From contig CAZHKE010000004.1 in the NCBI GenBank assembly GCA_964532485.1, positions 15,501-79,500 of the forward strand: a stretch of DNA of 64,000 nucleotides, written 5' to 3'. Below are positions 1 through 8,935 of this stretch, piece by piece (position 1 is the first letter of the stretch; each line of letters opens with the position of its first letter). Origin of the DNA: an uncultured Bifidobacteriaceae bacterium. Lineage in GTDB: Bacteria; Actinomycetota; Acidimicrobiia; IMCC26256; PALSA-555. Under the pieces are notes generated by a model that worked only from the letters and a program-made list of their open reading frames with translations, was not told the DNA's origin and ran no database searches. The position numbers were made by a program, and so were the translations under genes.

Positions 1-719
1 ACACGAGCGGTGAAGACGTTCGTGCCGCCCATCAGGAACGTCGCCAAGGTGAGCATCAGGGTTGCGACGTGGAACATCGGCCCGCAGTTCAGGTACGTGT
101 ACTCCCACGTGACGTCCGACAGCGTCGCCATCACGTACCCCTCGAGCAGGCACGACGTGTGTGACAGCAGCGCGGCATTCGGACGGCCGCCGAACGCGGC
201 CGTGTACACCATCAGGGCGGGGGAGGACGCATCGACCAGGGCTCCCGGGTCTCGGTCGTCGCCGTCGCCCAGGAACGACTCGTACCCGTCGGGATCACGC
301 TCGGGTGCGTCGTGACGCAGCCAGCGCGCCGACGGAGTGGCCCGCGCACGGGCCGCGAGGACGGATTCGCCGACCTCGGACTCCTGCCACACGACGATGC
401 GCGGGTCGACGTCGTCGATCACGAACGCCAGCTCCTCGGGCGCCTGGCGCCAGTTCGCCGGGCAGCACACGCCGCCGAGCTCGCCCGCCGCGAGCAGGCA
501 TTCGAGGAGTCGCGAGGAGTTCTGCCCGACCCACAGGATCCGGTCACCGGGGCCGAAGCCGCTGCCCTGCAACGCGTCGGCGAGCTTGCGGACCCGCGTC
601 GCGAGCTGCGGGTACGTGCGCCTGACGTCCCCGTCGACGATCGCGACGGCGTGGGGCCGGCTGCGAGCGTGCTCCTGGAGGACGTCGGCGAGCGTCGGGT
701 GGCGAGCCGGGTCCATCAT
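1..719 (-). CDS. Class I adenylate-forming enzyme (acyl-CoA synthetase / FadD-like). N-terminal ~239 codons only; the gene continues past the left window edge.
   Basis: Absent from the ORF track because it runs off the edge. My reverse-strand translation from ATG at 719 reads MMDPARHPTLADVLQEHARSRPHAVAIVDGDVRRTYPQLATRVRKLADALQGSGFGPGDRILWVGQNS...RDPDGYESFLGDGDDRDPGA...ALMVYTAAFGGRPNAALLSHTS...LMLTLATFLMGGTNVFTAR, open down to base 3. The layout is typical of an AMP-binding family N-terminus. The P-loop-like motif is degenerate (YTAAFGGRPNA). Confidence 0.75.
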   Translation of the reverse strand, partial: MMDPARHPTLADVLQEHARSRPHAVAIVDGDVRRTYPQLATRVRKLADALQGSGFGPGDRILWVGQNSSRLLECLLAAGELGGVCCPANWRQAPEELAFVIDDVDPRIVVWQESEVGESVLAARARATPSARWLRHDAPERDPDGYESFLGDGDDRDPGALVDASSPALMVYTAAFGGRPNAALLSHTSCLLEGYVMATLSDVTWEYTYLNCGPMFHVATLMLTLATFLMGGTNVFTAR

Positions 720-1686
720 GAGAAACAGTTACACGATTCCGGCAGCTCCCGACAAGCACCGGCGCCACGACGTCGTCGTCGTCGGCAGCCTGAACATGGA
801 CCTCGTCGCGCGCGCCCGACGCCTTCCGGTGCCCGGTGAGACCGTCCTCGGCGACGACTTCGCCATGGTGCCGGGCGGCAAGGGCGCCAACCAGGCGGTG
901 GCGGCGGCCCGACTCGGGGCCCGCACCGCGATGATCGGCTGTGTCGGCTGCGATGCGATGGGCGACCGGCTCATGGATGCTCTCGACGCTGCCGGTGTGG
1001 ACGCTGCCGGTGTCGTGCGGATCGACGACCAGCCGAGCGGGGTGGCGCTGATCGGGGTCGACGACGCGGGTGAGAACGCGATCATCGTCGTGCCCGGCGC
1101 GAACGGCGCGCTCGACGCCGACCACGTCCTGCACCACGAGCCGCTCCTGCGCGGTGCGAGCGTCGTGATCGCCCAGCTCGAGGTGCCGCTCCCGGCGATC
1201 AGCACCGCGTTCGAGATCGCGAGCGCGCATGGCGCGACGACGATCCTCGACCCGGCCCCGCCCCGCCCGCTCGACGACGCACTGCTTCGGAGTGTCGACC
1301 TCATGACGCCGAACGAGTCGGAAGCGGCCGCGCTCACCGGGGTCGACGTCGCCGACGAGGAGGGCATCCGCGCCGCAGCCCACGAGCTGCTCGACCGGGG
1401 GCTCGGCGCGGTGGTGATCACTCTCGGGCGTCGAGGCGCGCTCTATGCGGACGTGTCACACCAGCGCCGCATCGAGGCGTTCGCGATCGCCACGGTCGAT
1501 GCGACGGCGGCGGGCGACGCGTTCACGGGCGCGCTCGGCGCGGCGCTGGCTCGCAATGCCCCGGTGACGCTCGCGTTGCGGGAGGCCGTCGCGGCGGGCG
1601 CGCTCGCCGCGACTCGGCCGGGCGCGTCGTCGTCGCTGCCGACGACGGCCGACGTGCGCGAGCTCCTGGCCGCGGCCGCGCCGTAG
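718..1686 (+). CDS. rbsK: Ribokinase (PfkB family)
   Basis: This is the C-terminal 322 codons of track ORF 337..1686, starting at the in-frame ATG at 718. Motifs: VVVVGSLNMDLV, PGGKGANQAVAAARLG (ribokinase signature), and VDATAAGDAFTGAL (PfkB anion hole). The upstream 127 codons are antisense to the FadD-like gene and were rejected. Confidence 0.85.
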   Translation: MRNSYTIPAAPDKHRRHDVVVVGSLNMDLVARARRLPVPGETVLGDDFAMVPGGKGANQAVAAARLGARTAMIGCVGCDAMGDRLMDALDAAGVDAAGVVRIDDQPSGVALIGVDDAGENAIIVVPGANGALDADHVLHHEPLLRGASVVIAQLEVPLPAISTAFEIASAHGATTILDPAPPRPLDDALLRSVDLMTPNESEAAALTGVDVADEEGIRAAAHELLDRGLGAVVITLGRRGALYADVSHQRRIEAFAIATVDATAAGDAFTGALGAALARNAPVTLALREAVAAGALAATRPGASSSLPTTADVRELLAAAAP

Positions 1687-1754
1687 GCGCGACCGTTCGA
1701 CGAGATGGAGCTGACGCCTCCCCGCCGAAGGCGTCGAGCCTGGAAAGGGTGATG

Positions 1755-2948
1755 TCAGCCGACGGCACCGGCGGCGCGCAACGCGTCGATCTCCGAGCTC
1801 GAGAGGCCCGACTCGTCGAGCACCTCGAGGGTGTGCTCGCCGATCTCGGGCACGCGGTCGCCCGTCGGCGCGCGCGCACCGACCTCGCGGATGGGCCACG
1901 CCGGGACGCGCACCTCGCCCCCTGGTACCAGCACGGTTCGGATCGCTCGACGGGCTCGGTGCTGGGCGACATCCGGCAGCTCGCTCGGCTCGTAGGCGGG
2001 CCCGACGGCGACGTCCGCCGCGAGGCACACCGCGACCCACTCGTCGAGCGTGCGGGTGGCGAACAGTGCCTCGAGCTCGGCGCGCAGGGCGGTGTCGTGG
2101 GTCGCGAAGTCGAACTCGATGTCTGCGCCAGCGTGCGCGGCGTCGGCCTCGGCCAGGTCGGGTCGCCCGGCCTCGCGACAGAACGCCTCGAAGAAGCGGG
2201 GCTCGATCGCGCAGAAGATCATGCGCCGGTGGTCGGAGGTCTCGTACACCGAGTACTTGGCGCGGGGCGGACCGTGCAGTGGCTCCGCATCGGTCACGTC
2301 GGCGTTCCACTCCGGCGCGCCGAGGAACTGCTGCCACACGAGGCCGGCCTCCGAGCACGACACGTCGAGCTCGGCGCCGCGGCCGGTGCGCTCGCGCCGG
2401 TACAGCGCCGCGCACACGGCCTGCACGGCGAACATCGGGCCCGCGAGCACCGAGACCGGCATCCAGCCGGGCGCGACCGCCCCCTCCGGGGTCGAGAACG
2501 CGAGCCCGGCCACGCCGTCCAGGTTCAGGCCGTGACCGGGCAAGCCGGCGAGCGGCCCGTCCCGCCCGAAGGCCGAGAGGTGCAGCACCACCTTGCCGGC
2601 GAGCGCCAGCGCGGCGCCATCGAGGCCCCACCGCTCCATCACGCCCGGTCGGCTCGACTCGAGGATCACGTCCGCGCGCGCGGCGATGCGGCCCAGCACC
2701 GGCCGAGCCGCCGCGTGCTCGAGGTCCAGGCCGACGCTGCGCTTGCCCGCGTCGAGGGTGGCGCTCAGCATGCTCATGCCGTGCACGAGGGGTGGGACCC
2801 GCCGCAGGTACGTGCCTCGGGGGTGCTCGACCCGCACGACGTCGGCGCCGAGCGCGGCGAGCGCGCCGCCCGCCGCGGCACCCGGGATCAGCTTCGCGAG
2901 GTCGAGGACGCGCACCCCGTCGAGCAGGCCACCCCCGTCCTCGTTCAA
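1755..2948 (-). CDS. CoA-transferase family III (CaiB/BaiF-like)
   Basis: Track ORF 1755..3353 was trimmed to the in-frame TTG at 2948, giving LNEDGGGLLDGVRVLDLAKLIPGAAAGGALAALGADVVRVEHP, a typical family III N-terminus. The resulting length (~397 aa) fits the family. The upstream part is low-complexity P/R-rich. The exact start is uncertain. Confidence 0.8.
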   Translation of the reverse strand: MNEDGGGLLDGVRVLDLAKLIPGAAAGGALAALGADVVRVEHPRGTYLRRVPPLVHGMSMLSATLDAGKRSVGLDLEHAAARPVLGRIAARADVILESSRPGVMERWGLDGAALALAGKVVLHLSAFGRDGPLAGLPGHGLNLDGVAGLAFSTPEGAVAPGWMPVSVLAGPMFAVQAVCAALYRRERTGRGAELDVSCSEAGLVWQQFLGAPEWNADVTDAEPLHGPPRAKYSVYETSDHRRMIFCAIEPRFFEAFCREAGRPDLAEADAAHAGADIEFDFATHDTALRAELEALFATRTLDEWVAVCLAADVAVGPAYEPSELPDVAQHRARRAIRTVLVPGGEVRVPAWPIREVGARAPTGDRVPEIGEHTLEVLDESGLSSSEIDALRAAGAVG

Positions 2949-2979
2949 CTGACCCCGCCTCGGCAGCCCAAGTCGCCAG

Positions 2980-2996
2980 ATTATTAGACTGATTCG
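2980..2996 (+). promoter_or_regulatory. Recurrent 17-nt AT-rich promoter-proximal box, site E (ATTATTAGACTGATTCG), upstream of the NMO/PaaK/fusion/CbbQ operon
   Basis: 12/17 identical to site C. Shares ACTGATTCG exactly. Lies 78 nt before ATG 3075, oriented toward the gene. Confidence 0.5.
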
Positions 2997-3074
2997 CTCG
3001 GACGGCCCTTCCGCGAGCGCTCCGGGCGACCGGTAGGTGGAGGCCGAGCGAGGAGCCCGAGGAGGCGGAGGCGG

Positions 3075-4211
3075 ATGCGGACGCGGGTGTGCGAGCTGCT
3101 CGGGATCGAGTACCCGATCCTCGCGTTCAGCCACTGCCGGGACGTCGTCGCCGCGGTCACCAACTCGGGGGGCTTCGGCGTCCTCGGTGCCACCGCGCTC
3201 ACCCCGGAGCAGCTCGAGATCGACCTCGACTGGCTCGAGGCCGAGACGCGCGGCCGCCCGTTCGGCGTCGACGTGCTGTTTCCCGCGAGCTACGTGGGGC
3301 GTGACGACGCCCTCGACGCCGCCGCGCTCGAGGCACTGATCCCGCCGGAGCACCGGCGCTTCGTCGACGACCTGCTTCGCCGCTACGACGTGCCGGACTC
3401 ACCCGGCGGCGCAGACGGCGACGGCGACGCCGGGTCTGCGCTCGCGCTCGCGCCCGACCAGCTCGACCTGCTCGTCGAGGTCTCGCTGGCGCACCGAATC
3501 CGCCTCGTCGCCAACGCGTTGGGCCCGCCACCCCCCGATCTCGCCGCCCGCGCGCATGAACGAGACGTGCTCGTGGCCGCACTGGCGGGGTCGGTCGAGC
3601 ACGCCGAGCGCAACGTGGCCGCGGGCGCCGACCTGATCGTTGCCCAGGGGACCGAGGCCGGCGGGCACACCGGCGAGATCGCCACGATGGTGCTCGTCCC
3701 CGAGGTGGTCGACGCCGTCGCGCCGGTGCCCGTGCTGGCGGCAGGCGGCATCGCACGCGGGCGTCAGATCGCGGCCGCACTCGCGCTCGGGGCGGAAGGC
3801 GTGTGGACCGGTTCGGTGTGGCTGACCACGGACGAAGCCGAGACGCACCCGGTGGTCAAGCAGAAGATGTTGGCGGCCACGTCCCGCGACACCGTCCGGT
3901 CGCGCGCGGTCACCGGCAAGCCCGCGCGCCAGCTCCGCTCCGCCTGGACCGACGAGTGGGATGGTGCCGAGTCGCCCGGCTCGCTGCCGATGCCGCTACA
4001 GCCACTCCTGACCGACGACGCGCGGCGCCGCATCGAACGGGCGGCGTACCGTGACGGCTCGGGCGCGCAACAGCTCGTCAACTACTTCGTGGGCCAGGTC
4101 GTCGGGAGCATGCAGCAGGTGATGCCGGCCCGCCGCGTCGTGGCCGAGATGGTGGAGGAGCTCGCCGACACACTGCTCGCGCTCGACGGGTACCTGGAGC
4201 ACGCCGAGTGA
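3075..4211 (+). CDS. Nitronate monooxygenase / 2-nitropropane dioxygenase family FMN oxidoreductase (FabK-like)
   Basis: 378 aa. N-terminus reads MRTRVCELLGIEYPILAFSHCRDVVAAVTNSGGFGVLG; also GTEAGGHTGEIATMVL. The ATG at 3075 is preceded by GGAGGCGGAGG. Confidence 0.85.
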   Translation: MRTRVCELLGIEYPILAFSHCRDVVAAVTNSGGFGVLGATALTPEQLEIDLDWLEAETRGRPFGVDVLFPASYVGRDDALDAAALEALIPPEHRRFVDDLLRRYDVPDSPGGADGDGDAGSALALAPDQLDLLVEVSLAHRIRLVANALGPPPPDLAARAHERDVLVAALAGSVEHAERNVAAGADLIVAQGTEAGGHTGEIATMVLVPEVVDAVAPVPVLAAGGIARGRQIAAALALGAEGVWTGSVWLTTDEAETHPVVKQKMLAATSRDTVRSRAVTGKPARQLRSAWTDEWDGAESPGSLPMPLQPLLTDDARRRIERAAYRDGSGAQQLVNYFVGQVVGSMQQVMPARRVVAEMVEELADTLLALDGYLEHAE

Positions 4212-5485
4212 GCGGGGAGGACGAGCGCGAGCTGTGGGACCCGGCTGTCCAGGCTCTGGACCCGACCGAGGTCGAGGCCCGCGCGGCCGCCGGCCTTGCC
4301 GAGACGTGGGATCGCGTGTGGGCGCTGCCGTTCTACGCCGAGCGCTACCGCGCCGCCGGTCTGTCGCCGGGGCCGATGCCCGCCCTGTCCGACATCCCGC
4401 GCGTGACCAAGAGTGACCACCGCGCCGACGAGGCCGCACACCCCCCATTCGGCCGTCACCGCGCGGTCGCACTCGAGGACGCGATCCGTGTCGGGGTGTC
4501 GACCGGCACGACCGGCGCGCCGACGTTCATCTTCTACGGGAAACGGGATCTCGACGCGATGGTGCGGGTCGGCACACGCAACAACTGGCGACTCGGGCTG
4601 CGATCCGGCGACCGGTTCACCCACAGCTGGCCGCAGTACCTGTACCCGACCTCGGCGCACGGCGGGCGCCCCTACCTCGATCTCGGCGTCCTCGAGATCC
4701 CGGTGGGCCCACCGTTCTCCCCCGAGACCGCGGCCGAGCACCTTCGCGTCTGGGAGCGGCTCCGCCCCACCGGCTTCATGATGACGGCGTCGCAGTTCCA
4801 GACCTACGAGCGTGTCGGCGACGAGATCGGCATCGACTTCGCGGCGTGCATCGAGGGCAGCCTGCTCGTGTACCTGGATCTGGCCTGCCAGTTCGAGGCG
4901 CCACGGAAGCGGATCGAAGAGGCGTACGGCGTGCGCCTGCACAACCTGTCAGGCGCATCGGAGATCCCGGCCTTCAGCGTCAACGACAGCAGGTACCACC
5001 GGGGGTTCCAGGCCGCGGGCGATCACGTCCACATCGAGGTGTGCGACCCGATCACCGGCGCGGCGCTGCCCGACGGCGCCCGGGGCCATCTCGTGGTGTC
5101 GACCTTCGGTCTCGACGCTTGCTTCCTGCGCTACGACCTCGAGGACATCGTCGTTCGTGATACCGAACCCGACCCGACCGGCGAGACCGGCCCTCGCTAT
5201 GTCCTGATCGGCCGGGGCGCCGACGCGGTGACCGTCGACGGGCGAGATCCGATCTTCCCGCTCGACGTCCAGCTCGCGCTCGATGACCACGGCGCACCGG
5301 AGTTCCAGCTCGTGCCGGACGACGACACGTCGAGGCTTCACCTTCGAGTCGAGCACGATGGCGCGACCGGCGTGCTCGAGGGTCTGCTCGAGGAGCGCCT
5401 TGGTGTCGGCACGAGCGTCCAGGCAGTGGCGCCCGGGAGCCTGCCGCGAGCGGCCTTCAAGCCCCGGCGGATCGCGGCGGCATGA
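4208..5485 (+). CDS. PaaK / coenzyme F390 synthetase-type adenylate-forming enzyme (phenylacetate-CoA ligase-like), paralog 1
   Basis: 425 aa with the motif VSTGTTGAPTFIFYG, and PaaK-like length and layout. The GTG start overlaps the upstream stop (GTGA at 4208-4211). Confidence 0.8.
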   Translation: MSGEDERELWDPAVQALDPTEVEARAAAGLAETWDRVWALPFYAERYRAAGLSPGPMPALSDIPRVTKSDHRADEAAHPPFGRHRAVALEDAIRVGVSTGTTGAPTFIFYGKRDLDAMVRVGTRNNWRLGLRSGDRFTHSWPQYLYPTSAHGGRPYLDLGVLEIPVGPPFSPETAAEHLRVWERLRPTGFMMTASQFQTYERVGDEIGIDFAACIEGSLLVYLDLACQFEAPRKRIEEAYGVRLHNLSGASEIPAFSVNDSRYHRGFQAAGDHVHIEVCDPITGAALPDGARGHLVVSTFGLDACFLRYDLEDIVVRDTEPDPTGETGPRYVLIGRGADAVTVDGRDPIFPLDVQLALDDHGAPEFQLVPDDDTSRLHLRVEHDGATGVLEGLLEERLGVGTSVQAVAPGSLPRAAFKPRRIAAA

Positions 5486-8103
5486 CGCGTCGAGTGCTCG
5501 TGACGGGTGCGAGTGGAGTCTTCGGTCGTGACATCGCGACTCGACTGGCCCGGGCGGGTGCCGACGTCGTCGCGCTGGCGCGTCGCGAGGTCAGCATCCC
5601 GGGCGTCGAGTTCGTCGCCGGCGACATCCGCGACGCCGCCATCGTCGAGCAGGCGATGAAGGGCTGCGACGCGGTTGCGCACCTTGCGTGGGCCGTGTCG
5701 CCACTCAAGAGCAGGGACGACACGCACGACGTGAACGTGGGTGGCACGCAGAACGTGCTCGACGCAATGGACGCGACCGGATGTCGCCGCGTCGTGTTCT
5801 CGTCGTCGGTCACCGCATACGGTGCGTGGCCGGACAACCCGCCGCGCCTGCGCGAGACCGATCCGCTCCGCCCCGACCCGAGGATCTTGTACGCGTGGGA
5901 CAAGGCCCGCTGCGAGGAGCTGATCCTCGAGCGCGACCTCGACGCGGTGATCAGCCGGTCGTGCCTCGTCGTCGGTCGCCACATCGACAACTACGCGTTC
6001 CGGGTCTTCGCCGCTCCGATGCTCACGGCGCCGAAGGGCGAGATGCCGCTGTGGCAGTTCGTGCACCAGGAGGATGTCGGCCGCTTCCATGCCGACGCCG
6101 TGCTGGGTGACCGCACCGGCGTCGTGAACGTGGCCTGCGACGACGGCGTGCCGCTCGAGGAGATCGCCGAGGCGTTCGGCAAGCGGCTCGTGCACGTCGA
6201 CATCGACAAGATGGCGAAGGTCGTCGAGCTCGGGTGGAAGCACGACCTGATGGAGGTCGACCCCGACAGCCTCCAGGGCTTCCAGTACATGGCGGTCGCC
6301 GACACGACGAGACTGCGCGAGGAGTGGGGGTTCGAGCCCGCGTGGAGTGGGCGTGAGGCGATGCTCGACCTCGCGCGTTCGCTGACCCGAGTCGTGTACC
6401 TGGGCTACAAGGAGGTCCGCAAGCCGTGGCGACTCCGGTACGCGCGTACCGACATCCCGCCCGCGTATCCGCCGCTCGACGGCGTCGAGCTGGTCCAGGC
6501 ATCGGCGACGGGGGTCGGCGGCGAGTTCGACAGCGTGATCGATCCCCGCTTTCCGACGTTCTTCGCCACGAACCTCTCGGAGGCGTTCCCGGGTCCGATG
6601 ACGCCGCTGTCGCTCACCGTGAGCCTCGACGTGATGCGCGCCTCGTCCGACGGGATGGCCGACTTCCTCGGGCTCGAAGGCGATGTGAAGCGCGAGCTCC
6701 AGGCGCGTGGCGCCGCGGCCTTCGGGCACCGGATGTACGCGGGAGTCTCGGTCGTCCGCACGATGGCCGAGGCGATGCCGGGCATGACGCCGGAGGACAT
6801 CGATCACCAGTTCCTCGGTCTGGCGCGGACCGAGAGCACAACGAAGCGGCGGCCCTCTGTTCGCGAGGTGGCGCAAGGCGGCCGGTTGCTGGCGCACGTC
6901 GCGCCCCAGATCGCCGGGTTCGCACGCGAGATCGAGCGGGTCCAGGCCGAGGCACGTGTCCTCTTCCCCTCACCTGACGAGCTGGTCGGCATGACCGACC
7001 CGCAGCTGCTCGCGCACGTCGGGCTGGTGCACGACGAGCTCGGCCAGGCATGGAACGTCGCGTGCATCGGCAACATGATCGCCGGCGGCGCACTCGCCGC
7101 GGCCGAGCGGGCCGGTGCCGCCAACGCGGTCAGCGCCGCTGGTGGCGACTCCCCGTTGGTCAGCGCTGGGGCGTTGCTCGCCGTCGACGAGCTCGCGCGC
7201 TTGGCTCGTGAGCAGGCGAGGATCTCGGACGTCCTCGAGCGGGGCGTCCACGAGCAGACGCTCGACGCGCTACGGGAGGTCGCACCTTGGTGGGCCGCTC
7301 GCTTCGACGATCTGCTGCGCGACTTCGGGCACCGGGGACCGGGTGAGACCGAGCTCGAGAACCCGATGTTCTCCGACCGGCCTGATCTGCTCCTCGGGAC
7401 GATCGCGAAGGCGTTGCACGCGCCCGAGCGTCCCATGAGGCCGGAGCCCCCGTCCGGCGCGCTCGGGCGGCTCGCGGCGAGTGCGGTGAGTCGCGCGATG
7501 CGCACGCGCGAGCGGGCGCGTGATGCAGTTGTGCGTCTCACGCACGCCTTGCGGCTCGCGGCGCGCGAGCGCGCGCGACGGCTTGCGGAGGCGGGGGTCA
7601 TCGCCGATCCGGCCGACGTCTTCTACCTGAGCTACGCCGAGCTGCTCCACCCGCCGGCGGGCGTGGCGACCGCAGTGCCACGCCGCCGCGACGAACGGGA
7701 GCGTCTCAGGGCACTGCGGCTCCCGACCATGTTCACGCGCACGTGGGAGCCCGAGGCGAGCGACGCAGCGCTGGTCGCTCGGGGTGACCGCCTCAGCGGG
7801 ATCGCCGCCGCTCCGGGTGTCGCACGGGGTCGTGTGCGGATCCTGCGCGAGACGGGCGACGTGATCGAGCCCGGCGATGTGCTCGTCGCAGCCATCACCG
7901 ACACCGGCTGGACGCCGTTGTTCGCGTTCGCGTCCGCGGTGGTGACGGACATCGGTGGGCTGCTCTCACACCCCACGGTGGTCGCGCGGGAGTACGGGAT
8001 CCCGTGCGTCGTCGGGGTCGGAGACGCCACGCTGCGCTTGCGAGACGAGATGCTGGTCGAGGTCGACGGCGGGGGCGGCACCGTGCGCGTGCTCGAGACA
8101 TGA
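5482..8103 (+). CDS. Fusion protein: N-terminal NAD-dependent epimerase/dehydratase (extended SDR) domain, a central RPH/PpsA-like substrate-domain-like region, and a C-terminal PEP-utilizer phosphohistidine swivel domain
   Basis: 873 aa, one uninterrupted ORF. N-terminal domain: [18 protein letters not shown] (GxxGxxG) and YAWDK (YxxxK). Middle region: [19 protein letters not shown]-terminal domain: [54 protein letters not shown] overlap with the upstream gene at 5482-5485. Confidence 0.85.
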   Translation: MTRRVLVTGASGVFGRDIATRLARAGADVVALARREVSIPGVEFVAGDIRDAAIVEQAMKGCDAVAHLAWAVSPLKSRDDTHDVNVGGTQNVLDAMDATGCRRVVFSSSVTAYGAWPDNPPRLRETDPLRPDPRILYAWDKARCEELILERDLDAVISRSCLVVGRHIDNYAFRVFAAPMLTAPKGEMPLWQFVHQEDVGRFHADAVLGDRTGVVNVACDDGVPLEEIAEAFGKRLVHVDIDKMAKVVELGWKHDLMEVDPDSLQGFQYMAVADTTRLREEWGFEPAWSGREAMLDLARSLTRVVYLGYKEVRKPWRLRYARTDIPPAYPPLDGVELVQASATGVGGEFDSVIDPRFPTFFATNLSEAFPGPMTPLSLTVSLDVMRASSDGMADFLGLEGDVKRELQARGAAAFGHRMYAGVSVVRTMAEAMPGMTPEDIDHQFLGLARTESTTKRRPSVREVAQGGRLLAHVAPQIAGFAREIERVQAEARVLFPSPDELVGMTDPQLLAHVGLVHDELGQAWNVACIGNMIAGGALAAAERAGAANAVSAAGGDSPLVSAGALLAVDELARLAREQARISDVLERGVHEQTLDALREVAPWWAARFDDLLRDFGHRGPGETELENPMFSDRPDLLLGTIAKALHAPERPMRPEPPSGALGRLAASAVSRAMRTRERARDAVVRLTHALRLAARERARRLAEAGVIADPADVFYLSYAELLHPPAGVATAVPRRRDERERLRALRLPTMFTRTWEPEASDAALVARGDRLSGIAAAPGVARGRVRILRETGDVIEPGDVLVAAITDTGWTPLFAFASAVVTDIGGLLSHPTVVAREYGIPCVVGVGDATLRLRDEMLVEVDGGGGTVRVLET

Positions 8104-8912
8104 GCTCAGGCGACGCGGCGGTCCGGGCGGGCGACCGGCCCTTCTACGTCTCGGTCGGTGACGAGGAGACGATCTTCAAGGCCGCGCACCGACGCGGCCT
8201 GGCGGTGCTGCTCAAGGGACCCACCGGTACGGGCAAGACGCGCTTCGTCGAGGCCATGGCGCACGATCTCGGTCGGCCGTTGATCACCGTCGCATGCCAC
8301 GAGGACCTGACCGCGGCTGATCTCGTCGGCCGGTTCCTGTTGGAGGGGGGCGACACGGTCTGGGTCGACGGGCCGCTCACGCGCGCGGTGCGAGAGGGTG
8401 GGATCTGCTACCTCGACGAGGTGGTCGAGGCCCGCCAGGACACCACGGTCGTGCTGCACCCGCTGGCCGACCACCGCCGCGTGCTCGTGCTCGAGCGCCT
8501 CGGCGAGACGCTGGTCGCGCCGGATGGGTTCGGGCTGGTCGTGTCGTACAACCCGGGGTACCAGAGCGTGCTCAAGGACCTGAAGGACTCGACGCGCCAA
8601 CGGATGGTCGCGATCGAGCTCGGCTTCCCGCCCTCCGACGTGGAGGAGAAGGTGGTCGCGCACGAGGCAGGCGTGGACTCCGTGGTGGCGGCCGACCTCG
8701 TGCGGCTGGCGCAGGCCATCCGGCGCCTCGATCACTCGGGCCTGCGCGAGGTCGCGTCGACGCGGGTGCTGATCTCCGCCGGTCAGCTCGTCGTGGACGG
8801 GATCCCCGCACGTGCGGCGGCGCGCGCGGCGATCGCTGCACCGCTCACCGACGATCCCGGGCTCGCCGCCGGCCTGGCAGAGCTGGTGGACGCGTACCTC
8901 TCACCGGGGTGA
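8100..8912 (+). CDS. CbbQ/NirQ/NorQ/GpvN-family MoxR-class AAA+ ATPase
   Basis: Track ORF 8004..8912 was trimmed to ATG 8100, which overlaps the upstream stop (ATGA). Sequence reads [54 protein letters not shown] (Walker A) and [12 protein letters not shown] (Walker B). Length ~270 aa. Confidence 0.85.
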   Translation: MSSGDAAVRAGDRPFYVSVGDEETIFKAAHRRGLAVLLKGPTGTGKTRFVEAMAHDLGRPLITVACHEDLTAADLVGRFLLEGGDTVWVDGPLTRAVREGGICYLDEVVEARQDTTVVLHPLADHRRVLVLERLGETLVAPDGFGLVVSYNPGYQSVLKDLKDSTRQRMVAIELGFPPSDVEEKVVAHEAGVDSVVAADLVRLAQAIRRLDHSGLREVASTRVLISAGQLVVDGIPARAAARAAIAAPLTDDPGLAAGLAELVDAYLSPG

Positions 8913-8935
8913 CGACGCGCGGCCGGCCGTGGCGC

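Noticed and set aside
1456-2992. Arg/Pro/Ala-rich ORFs: 1456..2631 (minus strand), 2066..2992 (plus strand), 1749..2987 (plus strand).
   Set aside because: All overlap the CoA-transferase gene in other frames or on the other strand. Their compositions (runs of R, P, A, G) are characteristic of off-frame translation of GC-rich coding DNA.
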